From Eledone cirrhosa (taxonomy: Eukaryota), in NCBI GenBank assembly GCA_964016885.1, contig CAXHJY010000161.1:124001-188000 (forward strand): a stretch of 64,000 nt of DNA, given 5' to 3'. Under the pieces are notes generated by a model. It did no database searches, was not told the origin of the DNA, and worked only from the letters and a program-made list of their open reading frames with translations. The position numbers and the translations under genes are program-made. This document shows, piece by piece, positions 1 through 16,400 of this stretch; positions within the stretch are counted from its first letter, which is position 1; every line of letters starts with the position of its first letter.

Positions 1-329
1 CAGCAACAGCAACAACACTGGCACTGACAGTGAAAATAGCAACAACAACAACACTGGCATTGACACAGAAAACAGCAACAACAACAACACTGGCACTGAC
101 ACAGAAAACAGCAACAACTACAACAACACTGGCACTGACAGAGAAAACAGCAACAACTACAACACTGGCACTGACAGAGAAAACAGCAACAACAACAGCA
201 ACACTGGCACTGACAGAGAAAACAGCAACAACTACAACAACACTGGCACTGACACAAAAAACAGCAACAACTACAACAACACTGGCACTGACAGAGAAAA
301 CAGCAACAACTACAACAACACTGGCACTG

Positions 330-3300
330 ACAGAGAAAACAGCAACAACAACAACACTGGCACTGACACAGAAAACAGCAACAACAGCAACAACAACCGT
401 GGCACTGACACAGAAAACAGCAACAACAGCAACAATAACACTGGCACTGGCACAGAAAACAGCAACAGCAACACTGGAACTGACACAGAAAACAGCAACA
501 GTAACAACAACAACACTGGCACTGACAAAGAAAACAGCAACAACAACAACACTGGCACTGACACAGAAAACAGCAACAACAACAACACTGGCACTGACAG
601 TGAAAATAGCAACAGCAACAACACTGGCACTGACAGAGAAAACAGCAACAACAACAACACTGGCACTGACACAGAAAACAGCAACAACTACAACAACACT
701 GGCACTGACAGAGAAAGCAGCAACAACTACAACAACACTGGCAATGACAGAGAAAACAGCAACAGCAACAACACTGGCACTGACACAGAAAACAGCAACA
801 ACTACAACAACACTGGCACTAACACAGAAAACAGCAACAACTACAACATCACTGGCACTGACAGAGAAAACAGCAACAGCAACAACACTGGCACTGACAG
901 TGAAAATAGCAACAACAACAACACTGGCACTGACACAGAAAACAGCAACAACAACAACACTGGCACTGACACAGAAAACAGCAACAACTACAACAACACT
1001 GGCACTGACAGAGAAAACAGCAACAACTACAACACTGGCACTGACAGAGAAAACAGCAACAACAACAGCAACACTGGCACTGACAGAGAAAACAGCAACA
1101 ACTACAACAACACTGGCACTGACACAAAAAACAGCAACAACTACAACAACACTGGCACTGACAGAGAAAACAGCAACAACTACAACAACACTGGCACTGA
1201 CAGAGAAAACAGCAACAACAACAACACTGGCACTGACACAGAAAACAGCAACAACTACAACAACACTGGCACTGACAGAGAAAACAGCAACAAATACAAC
1301 AACACTGACACTGACAGAGAAAACAGCAACAACTACAACAACACTGGCACTGACACAGTAAACAGCAACAACTACAACAACACTGGCACTGACACAGAAA
1401 ACAGCAACAACTACAACAACACTGGCACTGACAGAGAAAACAGCAACAACTACAACAACACTGGCACTGACAGAGAAAACAGCAACAACAACAACACTGG
1501 CACTGACACAGAAAACAGCAACAACTACAACAATACTGGCACTGACAGTGAAAATAGCAACAACAACACTGGCACTGACACAGAAAACAGCAACAACAAC
1601 AACACTGGCACTGACACAGAAAACAGCAACAACTACAACAACACTGGCACTAACACAGAAAACAGCAACAACTACAACATCACTGGCACTGACAGAGAAA
1701 ACAGCAACAGCAACAACACTGGCACTGACAGTGAAAATAGCAACGACAACAACACTGGCACTAACACAGAAAACAGCAACAACAACAACACTGGCACTGA
1801 CACAGAAAACAGCAACAACTACAACAACACTGGCACTGACAGAAAAAACAGCAACAACTACAACACTGGCACTGACAGAGAAAACAGCAGCAACAACAAC
1901 AACACTGGCACTGACAAAGAAAACAGCAACAACAACAACACTGGCACTGACACAGAAAACAGCAACAACAGCAACAATAACACTGGAACTGACACAGAAA
2001 ACAGCAACAGTAACAACAACAACACTGGCACTGACAAAGAAAACAGCAACAACAACAACACTGGCACTGACAAAGAAAACAGCAACAACAACAACACTGG
2101 CACTGACACAGAAAACAGCAACAACAACAACACTGGCACTGACAGTGAAAATAGCAACAACAACAACACTGGCACTGACACAGAAAACAGCAACAACTAC
2201 AACACTGGCACTGACAGAGAAAACAGCAACAACTACAACAACACTGGCACTGACAGAGAAAACAGCAACAACAACAACACTGGCACTGACAGAGAAAACA
2301 GCAACAACAACAACACTGGCACTGACAGAGAAAACAGCAACAACACCGGCACTGACAGAGAAAACAGCAACAACTACAACAACACTGGCACTGACAGAGA
2401 AAACAGCAACAACTACAACAACACTGGCACTGACAGAGAAAACAGCAACAACAACAACACTGGCACTGACACAGAAAACAGCAACAACTACAACACTGGC
2501 ACTGACAGAGAAAACAGCAACAACAACAACACTGGCATTGACACAGAAAACATCAACAACTACAACAACACTGGCACTGACAGAGAAAACAGCAACAACT
2601 ACAACAACACTGGCACTGACAGAGAAAACAGCAACAACTACAACAACACTGGCACTGACACAGAAAACAGCAACAACTACAACAACACTGGCACTGACAC
2701 AGAAAACAGCAACAACTACAACAACACTGGCACTGACACAGAAAACAGCAACAACAACAACACTGGCACTGACAGAGAAAACAGCAACAACAACAACACC
2801 GGCACTGACACAGAAAACGGCAACAACTACAACAACACTGGCACAGAAAACAGCAACAACAGCAACAACAACACTGGCACTGACACAGAAAACAGCAACA
2901 ACAGCAAGAACAACCGTGGCACTGACACAGAAAACAGCAACAACAGCAAAAATAACACTGGCACTGGCACAGAAAACAGCAACAGCAACACTGGAACTGA
3001 CACAGAAAACAGCAACAGTAACAACAACAACACTGGCACTGACAAAGAAAACAGCAACAACAACAACACTGGCACTGACACAGAAAACAGCAACAACAAC
3101 AACACTGGCACTGACAGTGAAAATAGCAACAGCAACAACACTGGCACTGACAGAGAAAACAGCAACAAGAACAACACTGGCACTGACACAGAAAACAGCA
3201 ACAACTACAACAACACTGGCACTGACAGAGAAAGCAGCAACAACTACAACAACACTGGCACTGACAGAGAAAACAGCAACAGCAACAACACTGGCACTGA

Positions 3301-4400
3301 CACAGAAAACAGCAACAACTACAACAACAATGGCACTAACACAGAAAACAGCAACAACTACAACATCACTGGCACTGACAGAGAAAACAACAACAGCAAC
3401 AACACTGGCACTGACAGTGAAAATAGCAACAACAACAACACTGGCACTGACACAGAAAACAGCAACAACAACAACACTGGCACTGACACAGAAAACAGCA
3501 ACAACTACAACAACACTGGCACTGACAGAGAAAACAGCAACAACTACAACACTGGCACTGACAGAGAAAACAGCAACAACATCAGCAACACTGGCACTGA
3601 CAGAGAAAACAGCAACAACTACAACAACACTGGCACTGACACAAAAAACAGCAACAACTACAACAACACTGGCACTGACAGAGAAAACAGCAACAACTAC
3701 AACAACACTGGCACTGACAGAGAAAACAGCAACAACAACAACACTGGCACTGACACAGAAAACAGCAACAACTACAACAACACTGGCACTGACAGAGAAA
3801 ACAGCAACAACTACAACAACACTGACACTGACAGAGAAAACAGCAACAACTACAACAACACTGGCACTGACACAGTAAACAGCAACAACTACAACAACAC
3901 TGGCACAGACACAGAAAACAGCAACAGCTACAACAACACTGGCACTGACAGAGAAAACAGCAACAACAACAACACTGGCACTGACACAGAAAACAGCAAC
4001 AACTACAACAATACTGGCACTGACAGTGAAAATAGCAACAACAACACTGGCACTGACACAGAAAACAGCAACAACAACAACACTGGCACTGACACAGAAA
4101 ACAGCAACAACTACAACAACACTGGCACTAACACAGAAAACAGCAACAACTACAACATCACTGGCACTGACAGAGAAAACAGCAACTACAACAACACTGG
4201 CACTGACAGTGAAAATAGCAACGACAACAACACTGGCACTAACACAGAAAACAGCAACAACAACAACACTGGCACTGACACAGAAAACAGCAACAACTAC
4301 AACAACACTGGCACTGACAGAAAAAACAGCAACAACTACAACACTGGCACTGACAGAGAAAACAGCAGCAACAACAACAACACTGGCACTGACAGAGAAA
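330..4400 (+). repeat. HOR domain 0: ~2.5 kb duplication (offsets 2517 and 2478 bp); boundaries approximate
   Basis: ACCGTGG occurs at 396 and 2913, and CAG-TAA ends at 1361 and 3878 (both +2517). GTG-AAA-ATA starts at 1548 and 4026 (+2478) with matching downstream variants (ACGACA, GAA AAA, GCA GCA). Confidence 0.8.
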
Positions 4401-7400
4401 ACAGCAACAACTACAACAACACTGGCACTGACACAGAAAACAGCAACAACTACAACAACACTGGCACTGACAGAGAAAACAGCAACAACTACAACAACAC
4501 TGGCACTGACAGAGAAAACCGCAACAACAACAACACTGGCACTGACACAGAAAACAGCAACAACTACAACAACACTGGCACTGACAGAGAAAACAGCAAC
4601 AACTACAACAACACTGGCACTGACAGAGAAAACAGCAACAACTACAACAACACTGGCACTGACACAGTAAACAGCAACAACTACAATAACACTGGCACTG
4701 ACACAGAAAACAGCAACAGCTACAACAACACTGGCACTGACAGAGAAAACAGCAACAACAACAACACTGGCACTGACACAGAAAACAGCAACAACTACAA
4801 CAACACTGGCACTGATAATGAAAATAGCAACAACAACACTGGCACTGACACAGAAAACAGCAACAACAACAACACTGGCACTGACACAGAAAACAGCAAC
4901 AACAGCAACAACACTGGCACTGACACAGAAAACAGCAACAATTACAACAACACTGGCACTGACAGAGAAAACAGCAACAACTACAACAACACTGGCACTG
5001 ACAGAGAAAACAGCAACAACAAAAACACTGGCACTGACACAGAAAACAGCAACAACTACAACAACACTGGCACTGACAGAGAAAACGGCAACAACTACAA
5101 CAACACTGGCACTGACAGAGAAAACAGCAACAGCAACAACACTGGCACTGACACAGAAAACAGCAACAAAAACAACACTGGCACTGACAGAGAAAACAGC
5201 AACAACAACACTGGCACTGACAGAGAAAACAGCAACAACAACAACACTGGCACTGACGGAGAAAACAGCAACAACAACACTGGCACTGACAGAGAAAACA
5301 GCAACAACAACAACACTGGCACAGACACAGAAAACAGCAACAACAACAGTGGCACTGACACAGAAAACAGCAACAACTACAACAACACTGGCACTGACAG
5401 AGAAAACAGCAACAACAACAACACTGGCACTGACACAGAAAACAGAAACAACTACAACAACACTGGCACTGACAGAGAAAGCAGCAACAACTACAACAAC
5501 ACTGGCACTGACAGAGAAAACAGCAACAGCAACAACACTGGCACTGACACAGAAAACAGCAACAAGTACAACAACACTGGCACTAACACAGAAAACAGCA
5601 ACAACTACAACATCACTGGCACTGACAGAGAAAACAGCAACAGCAACAACACTGGCACTGACAGTGAAAATAGCAACAACAACAACACTGGCACTGACAC
5701 AGAAAACAGCAACAACAACAACACTGGCACTGACAGACAAAACAGCAACAACGACAACAACACTGGCACTGACAGAGAAAACAGCAACAACTACAACACT
5801 GGCACTGACAGACAAAACAGCAACAACATCAACAACACTGGCACTGACAGAGAAAACAGCAACAACTACAACAACACTGGCACTGACACATAAAACAGCA
5901 ACAACTACAACAACACTGGCACTGTCAGAGAAAACAGCAACAACTACAACAACACTGGCACTGACACAGAAAACAGCAACAACTACAACAACACTGGCAC
6001 TGACAGAGAAAACAGCAACAACTACAACACTGGCACTGACAGACAAAACAGCAACAACAGCAACAATAACAATGGCACTGGCACAGAAAACAGCAACAGT
6101 AACAACAACAACACTGGCACTGACACAGAAAACAGCAACAGTAACAACAACAACACTGGCACTGACAGTGAAAATAGCAACAACAACAACACTGGCACTG
6201 ACAGTGAAAATAGCAACAACAACAACACTGGCACTGACAGAGAAAACAGCAACAACAACAACACTGGCACTGACAGAGAAAACAGCAACAACTACAACAC
6301 TGGCACTGACAGAGAAAACAGCAACAACAACAACACTGGCACTGACAAAGAAAACAGCAACAACTACAACAACACTGGCACTGACACAGAAAACAACAAC
6401 AACTACAACAAAACTGGCACTGACAGAGAAAACAGCAACAACTACAACAACACTGGCACTGACAGAGAAAACAGCAACAACAACACTGGCACTGACACAG
6501 AAAACAGCAACAACTACAACAACACTGGCACTGCCGGAGAAAACAGCAACAACTACAACAACACTGGCACTGACACAGAAAACAGCAACAACTACAACAA
6601 CACTGGCACTGACAGAGAAAACAGCAACAACAACAACACTGGCACTGACAAAGAAAACAGCAACAACTACAACAACACTGGCACTGACAGAGAAAACAGC
6701 AACAACTACAACAACACTGGCACTCACAGAGAAAACAGCAACAACTACAACAACACTGGCACTGACACAGAAAACAGCAACAACTACAACAACACTGGCA
6801 CTGGCACAGAAAACAGCAACAACTACAACAACACTGGCACTGACACAGAAAACAGCAACAACAACAACACTGGCACTGACACAGAAAACAGCAACAACAA
6901 CAACACTGGCACTGACAGAGAAAACAGCAACAACAACAACAACACTGGCACTGACAGAGAAAACAGCAACAACTACAACAACTCTGGCACTGACAGAGAA
7001 AACAGCAACAGCAACAACAGCAACAACAACACTGGCACTGACAGAGAAAACAGCAACAACAGCAATAACAATGGCACTGCCACACAAAACAGCAACAACA
7101 ACACTAGCACTGACAGAGAAAACAGCAACAACAACACTGGCACTGACAGAGAAAACAGCAACAACAACAACACTGGCACCGACACAGAAAACAGCAACAA
7201 CAACAGTGGCACTGACACAGAAAACAGCAGCAACAACAACAACACTGGCACTGACAGAGAAAACAGCAACAACTACAACAACACTGGCACTGACACAGAA
7301 AACAGCAACAACTACAACAACACTGGCACTGACAGAGAAAACAGCAACAACTACAACAACACTGGCACTGACAGAGAAAACCGCAACAACAACAACACTG

Positions 7401-10400
7401 GCACTGACACAGAAAACAGCAACAACTACAACAACACTGGCACTGACAGAGAAAACAGCAACAACTACAACAACACTGGCACTGACAGAGAAAACAGCAA
7501 CAACTACAACAACACTGGCACTGACACAGTAAACAGCAACAACTACAATAACACTGGCACTGACACAGAAAACAGCAACAGCTACAACAACACTGGCACT
7601 GACAGAGAAAACAGCAACAACAACAACACTGGCACTGACACAGAAAACAGCAACAACTACAACAACACTGGCACTGATAATGAAAATAGCAACAACAACA
7701 CTGGCACTGACACAGAAAACAGCAACAACAACAACACTGGCACTGACACAGAAAACAGCAACAACAGCAACAACACTGGCACTGACACAGAAAACAGCAA
7801 CAATTACAACAACACTGGCACTGACAGAGAAAACAGCAACAACTACAACAACACTGGCACTGACAGAGAAAACAGCAACAACAAAAACACTGGCACTGAC
7901 ACAGAAAACAGCAACAACTACAACAACACTGGCACTGACAGAGAAAACGGCAACAACTACAACAACACTGGCACTGACTGAGAAAACAGCAACAGCAACA
8001 ACACTGGCACTGACGGAGAAAACAGCAACAACAACACTGGCACTGACAGAGAAAACAGCAACAACAACAACACTGGCACTGACGGAGAAAACAGCAACAA
8101 CAACACTGGCACTGACAGAGAAAACAGCAACAACAACAACACTGGCACAGACACAGAAAACAGCAACAACAACAGTGGCACTGACACAGAAAACAGCAAC
8201 AACTACAACAACACTGGCACTGACAGAGAAAACAGCAACAACAACAACACTGGCACTGACACAGAAAACAGAAACAACTACAACAACACTGGCACTGACA
8301 GAGAAAGCAGCAACAACTACAACAACACTGGCACTGACAGAGAAAACAGCAACAGCAACAACACTGGCACTGACACAGAAAACAGCAACAACTACAACAA
8401 CACTGGCACTAACACAGAAAACAGCAACAACTACAACATCACTGGCACTGACAGAGAAAACAGCAACAGCAACAACACTGGCACTGACAGTGAAAATAGC
8501 AACAACAACAACACTGGCACTGACACAGAAAACAGCAACAACAACAACACTGGCACTGACAGACAAAACAGCAACAACGACAACAACACTGGCACTGACA
8601 GAGAAAACAGCAACAACTACAACACTGGCACTGACAGACAAAACAGCAACAACATCAACAACACTGGCACTGACAGAGAAAACAGCAACAACTACAACAA
8701 CACTGGCACTGACACATAAAACAGCAACAACTACAACAACACTGGCACTGTCAGAGAAAACAGCAACAACTACAACAACACTGGCACTGACACAGAAAAC
8801 AGCAACAACTACAACAACACTGGCACTGACAGAAAAAACAGCAACAACTACAACACTGGCACTGACAGAGAAAACAGCAGCAACAACAACAACACTGGCA
8901 CTGACAGAGAAAACAGCAACAACTACAACAACACTGGCACTGACACAGAAAACAGCAACAACTACAACAACACTGGCACTGACAGAGAAAACAGCAACAA
9001 CTACAACAACACTGGCACTGACAGAGAAAACCGCAACAACAACAACACTGGCACTGACACAGAAAACAGCAACAACTACAACAACACTGGCACTGACAGA
9101 GAAAACAGCAACAACTACAACAACACTGGCACTGACAGAGAAAACAGCAACAACTACAACAACACTGGCACTGACACAGTAAACAGCAACAACTACAATA
9201 ACACTGGCACTGACACAGAAAACAGCAACAGCTACAACAACACTGGCACTGACAGAGAAAACAGCAACAACAACAACACTGGCACTGACACAGAAAACAG
9301 CAACAACTACAACAACACTGGCACTGATAATGAAAATAGCAACAACAACACTGGCACTGACACAGAAAACAGCAACAACAACAACACTGGCACTGACACA
9401 GAAAACAGCAACAACAGCAACAACACTGGCACTGACACAGAAAACAGCAACAATTACAACAATACTGGCACTGACAGAGAAAACAGCAACAACTACAACA
9501 ACACTGGCACTGACAGAGAAAACAGCAACAACAAAAACACTGGCACTGACACAGAAAACAGCAACAACTACAACAACACTGGCACTGACAGAGAAAACGG
9601 CAACAACTACAACAACACTGGCACTGACAGAGAAAACAGCAACAGCAACAACACTGGCACTGACACAGAAAACAGCAACAAAAACAACACTGGCACTGAC
9701 AGAGAAAACAGCAACAACAACACTGGCACTGACAGAGAAAACAGCAACAACAACAACACTGGCACTGACGGAGAAAACAGCAACAACAACACTGGCACTG
9801 ACAGAGAAAACAGCAACAACAACAACACTGGCACAGACACAGAAAACAGCAACAACAACAGTGGCACTGACACAGAAAACAGCAACAACTACAACAACAC
9901 TGGCACTGACAGAGAAAACAGCAACAACAACAACACTGGCACTGACACAGAAAACAGAAACAACTACAACAACACTGGCACTGACAGAGAAAGCAGCAAC
10001 AACTACAACAACACTGGCACTGACAGAGAAAACAGCAACAGCAACAACACTGGCACTGACACAGAAAACAGCAACAAGTACAACAACACTGGCACTAACA
10101 CAGAAAACAGCAACAACTACAACATCACTGGCACTGACAGAGAAAACAGCAACAGCAACAACACTGGCACTGACAGTGAAAATAGCAACAACAACAACAC
10201 TGGCACTGACACAGAAAACAGCAACAACAACAACACTGGCACTGACAGACAAAACAGCAACAACGACAACAACACTGGCACTGACAGAGAAAACAGCAAC
10301 AACTACAACACTGGCACTGACAGACAAAACAGCAACAACATCAACAACACTGGCACTGACAGAGAAAACAGCAACAACTACAACAACACTGGCACTGACA

Positions 10401-13400
10401 CATAAAACAGCAACAACTACAACAACACTGGCACTGTCAGAGAAAACAGCAACAACTACAACAACACTGGCACTGACACAGAAAACAGCAACAACTACAA
10501 CAACACTGGCACTGACAGAGAAAACAGCAACAACTACAACACTGGCACTGACAGACAAAACAGCAACAACAGCAACAATAACAATGGCACTGGCACAGAA
10601 AACAGCAACAGTAACAACAACAACACTGGCACTGACACAGAAAACAGCAACAGTAACAACAACAACACTGGCACTGACAGTGAAAATAGCAACAACAACA
10701 ACACTGGCACTGACAGTGAAAATAGCAACAACAACAACACTGGCACTGACAGAGAAAACAGCAACAACAACAACACTGGCACTGACAGAGAAAACAGCAA
10801 CAACTACAACACTGGCACTGACAGAGAAAACAGCAACAACAACAACACTGGCACTGACAAAGAAAACAGCAACAACTACAACAACACTGGCACTGACACA
10901 GAAAACAACAACAACTACAACAAAACTGGCACTGACAGAGAAAACAGCAACAACTACAACAACACTGGCACTGACAGAGAAAACAGCAACAACAACACTG
11001 GCACTGACACAGAAAACAGCAACAACTACAACAACACTGGCACTGCCGGAGAAAACAGCAACAACTACAACAACACTGGCACTGACACAGAAAACAGCAA
11101 CAACTACAACAACACTGGCACTGACAGAGAAAACAGCAACAACAACAACACTGGCACTGACAAAGAAAACAGCAACAACTACAACAACACTGGCACTGAC
11201 AGAGAAAACAGCAACAACTACAACAACACTGGCACTCACAGAGAAAACAGCAACAACTACAACAACACTGGCACTGACACAGAAAACAGCAACAACTACA
11301 ACAACACTGGCACTGGCACAGAAAACAGCAACAACTACAACAACACTGGCACTGACACAGAAAACAGCAACAACAACAACACTGGCACTGACACAGAAAA
11401 CAGCAACAACAACAACACTGGCACTGACAGAGAAAACAGCAACAACAACAACAACACTGGCACTGACAGAGAAAACAGCAACAACTACAACAACACTGGC
11501 ACTGACAGAGAAAACAGCAACAGCAACAACAGCAACAACAACACTGGCACTGACAGAGAAAACAGCAACAACAGCAATAACAATGGCACTGCCACACAAA
11601 ACAGCAACAACAACACTAGCACTGACAGAGAAAACAGCAACAACAACACTGGCACTGACAGAGAAAACAGCAACAACAACAACACTGGCACCGACACAGA
11701 AAACAGCAACAACAACAGTGGCACTGACACAGAAAACAGCAGCAACAACAACAACACTGGCACTGACAGAGAAAACAGCAACAACTACAACAACACTGGC
11801 ACTGACACAGAAAACAGCAACAACTACAACAACACTGGCACTGACAGAGAAAACAGCAACAACTACAACAACACTGGCACTGACAGAGAAAACCGCAACA
11901 ACAACAACACTGGCACTGACACAGAAAACAGCAACAACTACAACAACACTGGCACTGACACAGAAAACAGCAACAACTACAACAACACTGGCACTGACAG
12001 AGAAAACAGCAACAACTACAACAACACTGGCACTGACACAGTAAACAGCAACAACTACAATAACACTGGCACTGACACAGAAAACAGCAACAGCTACAAC
12101 AACACTGGCACTGACAGAGAAAACAGCAACAACAACAACACTGGCACTGACACAGAAAACAGCAACAACTACAACAACACTGGCACTGATAATGAAAATA
12201 GCAACAACAACACTGGCACTGACACAGAAAACAGCAACAACAACAACACTGGCACTGACACAGAAAACAGCAACAACAGCAACAACACTGGCACTGACAC
12301 AGAAAACAGCAACAATTACAACAACACTGGCACTGACAGAGAAAACAGCAACAACTACAACAACACTGGCACTGACAGAGAAAACAGCAACAACAAAAAC
12401 ACTGGCACTGACACAGAAAACAGCAACAACTACAACAACACTGGCACTGACAGAGAAAACGGCAACAACTACAACAACACTGGCACTGACTGAGAAAACA
12501 GCAACAGCAACAACACTGGCACTGACACAGAAAACAGCAACAAAAACAACACTGGCACTGACAGAGAAAACAGCAACAACAACACTGGCACTGACAGAGA
12601 AAACAGCAACAACAACAACACTGGCACTGACGGAGAAAACAGCAACAACAACACTGGCACTGACAGAGAAAACAGCAACAACAACAACACTGGCACAGAC
12701 ACAGAAAACAGCAACAACAACAGTGGCACTGACACAGAAAACAGCAACAACTACAACAACACTGGCACTGACAGAGAAAACAGCAACAACAACAACACTG
12801 GCACTGACACAGAAAACAGAAACAACTACAACAACACTGGCACTGACAGAGAAAGCAGCAACAACTACAACAACACTGGCACTGACAGAGAAAACAGCAA
12901 CAGCAACAACACTGGCACTGACACAGAAAACAGCAACAACTACAACAACACTGGCACTAACACAGAAAACAGCAACAACTACAACATCACTGGCACTGAC
13001 AGAGAAAACAGCAACAGCAACAACACTGGCACTGACAGTGAAAATAGCAACAACAACAACACTGGCACTGACACAGAAAACAGCAACAACAACAACACTG
13101 GCACTGACAGACAAAACAGCAACAACGACAACAACACTGGCACTGACAGAGAAAACAGCAACAACTACAACACTGGCACTGACAGACAAAACAGCAACAA
13201 CATCAACAACACTGGCACTGACAGAGAAAACAGCAACAACTACAACAACACTGGCACTGACACATAAAACAGCAACAACTACAACAACACTGGCACTGTC
13301 AGAGAAAACAGCAACAACTACAACAACACTGGCACTGACACAGAAAACAGCAACAACTACAACAACACTGGCACTGACAGAAAAAACAGCAACAACTACA

Positions 13401-16400
13401 ACACTGGCACTGACAGAGAAAACAGCAGCAACAACAACAACACTGGCACTGACAGAGAAAACAGCAACAACAACAACACTGGCACTGACACAGAAAACAG
13501 CAACAACTACAACAACACTGGCACTGATAATGAAAATAGCAACAACAACACTGGCACTGACACAGAAAACAGCAACAACAACAACACTGGCACTGACACA
13601 GAAAACAGCAACAACAGCAACAACACTGGCACTGACACAGAAAACAGCAACAATTACAACAACACTGGCACTGACAGAGAAAACAGCAACAACTACAACA
13701 ACACTGGCACTGACAGAGAAAACAGCAACAACAAAAACACTGGCACTGACAGAAAACAGCAACAACTACAACAACACTGGCACTGACAGAGAAAACGGCA
13801 ACAACTACAACAACACTGGCACTGACAGAGAAAACAGCAACAGCAACAACACTGGCACTGACACAGAAAACAGCAACAAAAACAACACTGGCACTGACAG
13901 AGAAAACAGCAACAACAACACTGGCACTGACAGAGAAAACAGCAACAACAACAACACTGGCACTGACGGAGAAAACAGCAACAACAACACTGGCACTGAC
14001 AGAGAAAACAGCAACAACAACAACACTGGCACAGACACAGAAAACAGCAACAACAACAGTGGCACTGACACAGAAAACAGCAACAACTACAACAACACTG
14101 GCACTGACAGAGAAAACAGCAACAACAACAACACTGGCACTGACACAGAAAACAGAAACAACTACAACAACACTGGCACTGACAGAGAAAGCAGCAACAA
14201 CTACAACAACACTGGCACTGACAGAGAAAACAGCAACAGCAACAACACTGGCACTGACACAGAAAACAGCAACAAGTACAACAACACTGGCACTAACACA
14301 GAAAACAGCAACAACTACAACATCACTGGCACTGACAGAGAAAACAGCAACAGCAACAACACTGGCACTGACAGTGAAAATAGCAACAACAACAACACTG
14401 GCACTGACACAGAAAACAGCAACAACAACAACACTGGCACTGACAGACAAAACAGCAACAACGACAACAACACTGGCACTGACAGAGAAAACAGCAACAA
14501 CTACAACACTGGCACTGACAGACAAAACAGCAACAACATGAACAACACTGGCACTGACAGAGAAAACAGCAACAACTACAACAACACTGGCACTGACACA
14601 TAAAACAGCAACAACTACAACAACACTGGCACTGTCAGAGAAAACAGCAACAACTACAACAACACTGGCACTGACACAGAAAACAGCAACAACTACAACA
14701 ACACTGGCACTGACAGAGAAAACAGCAACAACTACAACACTGGCACTGACAGACAAAACAGCAACAACAGCAACAATAACAATGGCACTGGCACAGAAAA
14801 CAGCAACAGTAACAACAACAACACTGGCACTGACACAGAAAACAGCAACAGTAACAACAACAACACTGGCACTGACAGTGAAAATAGCAACAACAACAAC
14901 ACTGGCACTGACAGTGAAAATAGCAACAACAACAACACTGGCACTGACAGAGAAAACAGCAACAACAACAACACTGGCACTGACAGAGAAAACAGCAACA
15001 ACTACAACACTGGCACTGACAGAGAAAACAGCAACAACAACAACACTGGCACTGACAAAGAAAACAGCAACAACTACAACAACACTGGCACTGACACAGA
15101 AAACAACAACAACTACAACAAAACTGGCACTGACAGAGAAAACAGCAACAACTACAACAACACTGGCACTGACAGAGAAAACAGCAACAACAACACTGGC
15201 ACTGACACAGAAAACAGCAACAACTACAACAACACTGGCACTGCCGGAGAAAACAGCAACAACTACAACAACACTGGCACTGACACAGAAAACAGCAACA
15301 ACTACAACAACACTGGCACTGACAGAGAAAACAGCAACAACAACAACACTGGCACTGACAAAGAAAACAGCAACAACTACAACAACACTGGCACTGACAG
15401 AGAAAACAGCAACAACTACAACAACACTGGCACTCACAGAGAAAACAGCAACAACTACAACAACACTGGCACTGACACAGAAAACAGCAACAACTACAAC
15501 AACACTGGCACTGGCACAGAAAACAGCAACAACTACAACAACACTGGCACTGACACAGAAAACAGCAACAACAACAACACTGGCACTGACACAGAAAACA
15601 GCAACAACAACAACACTGGCACTGACAGAGAAAACAGCAACAACAACAACAACACTGGCACTGACAGAGAAAACAGCAACAACTACAACAACACTGGCAC
15701 TGACAGAGAAAACAGCAACAGCAACAACAGCAACAACAACACTGGCACTGACAGAGAAAACAGCAACAACAGCAATAACAATGGCACTGCCACACAAAAC
15801 AGCAACAACAACACTAGCACTGACAGAGAAAACAGCAACAACAACACTGGCACTGACAGAGAAAACAGCAACAACAACAACACTGGCACCGACACAGAAA
15901 ACAGCAACAACAACAGTGGCACTGACACAGAAAACAGCAGCAACAACAACAACACTGGCACTGACAGAGAAAACAGCAACAACTACAACAACACTGGCAC
16001 TGACACAGAAAACAGCAACAACTACAACAACAATGGCACTGACAGAGAAAACAGCAACAACTACAACAACACTGGCACTGACAGAGAAAACCGCAACAAC
16101 AACAACACTGGCACTGACACAGAAAACAGCAACAACTACAACAACACTGGCACTGACAGAGAAAACAGCAACAACTACAACAACACTGGCACTGACAGAG
16201 AAAACAGCAACAACTACAACAACACTGGCACTGACACAGTAAACAGCAACAACTACAATAACACTGGCACTGACACAGAAAACAGCAACAGCTACAACAA
16301 CACTGGCACTGACAGAGAAAACAGCAACAACAACAACACTGGCACTGACACAGAAAACAGCAACAACTACAACAACACTGGCACTGATAATGAAAATAGC

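Noticed and set aside
4671-4817. 147 bp TAA-to-ATG spacer equals the nucleosome core length
   Set aside because: It is simply about four monomers minus the offset, and the equivalent spacing is 186 bp at 1361-1548 and 108 bp in domain C.
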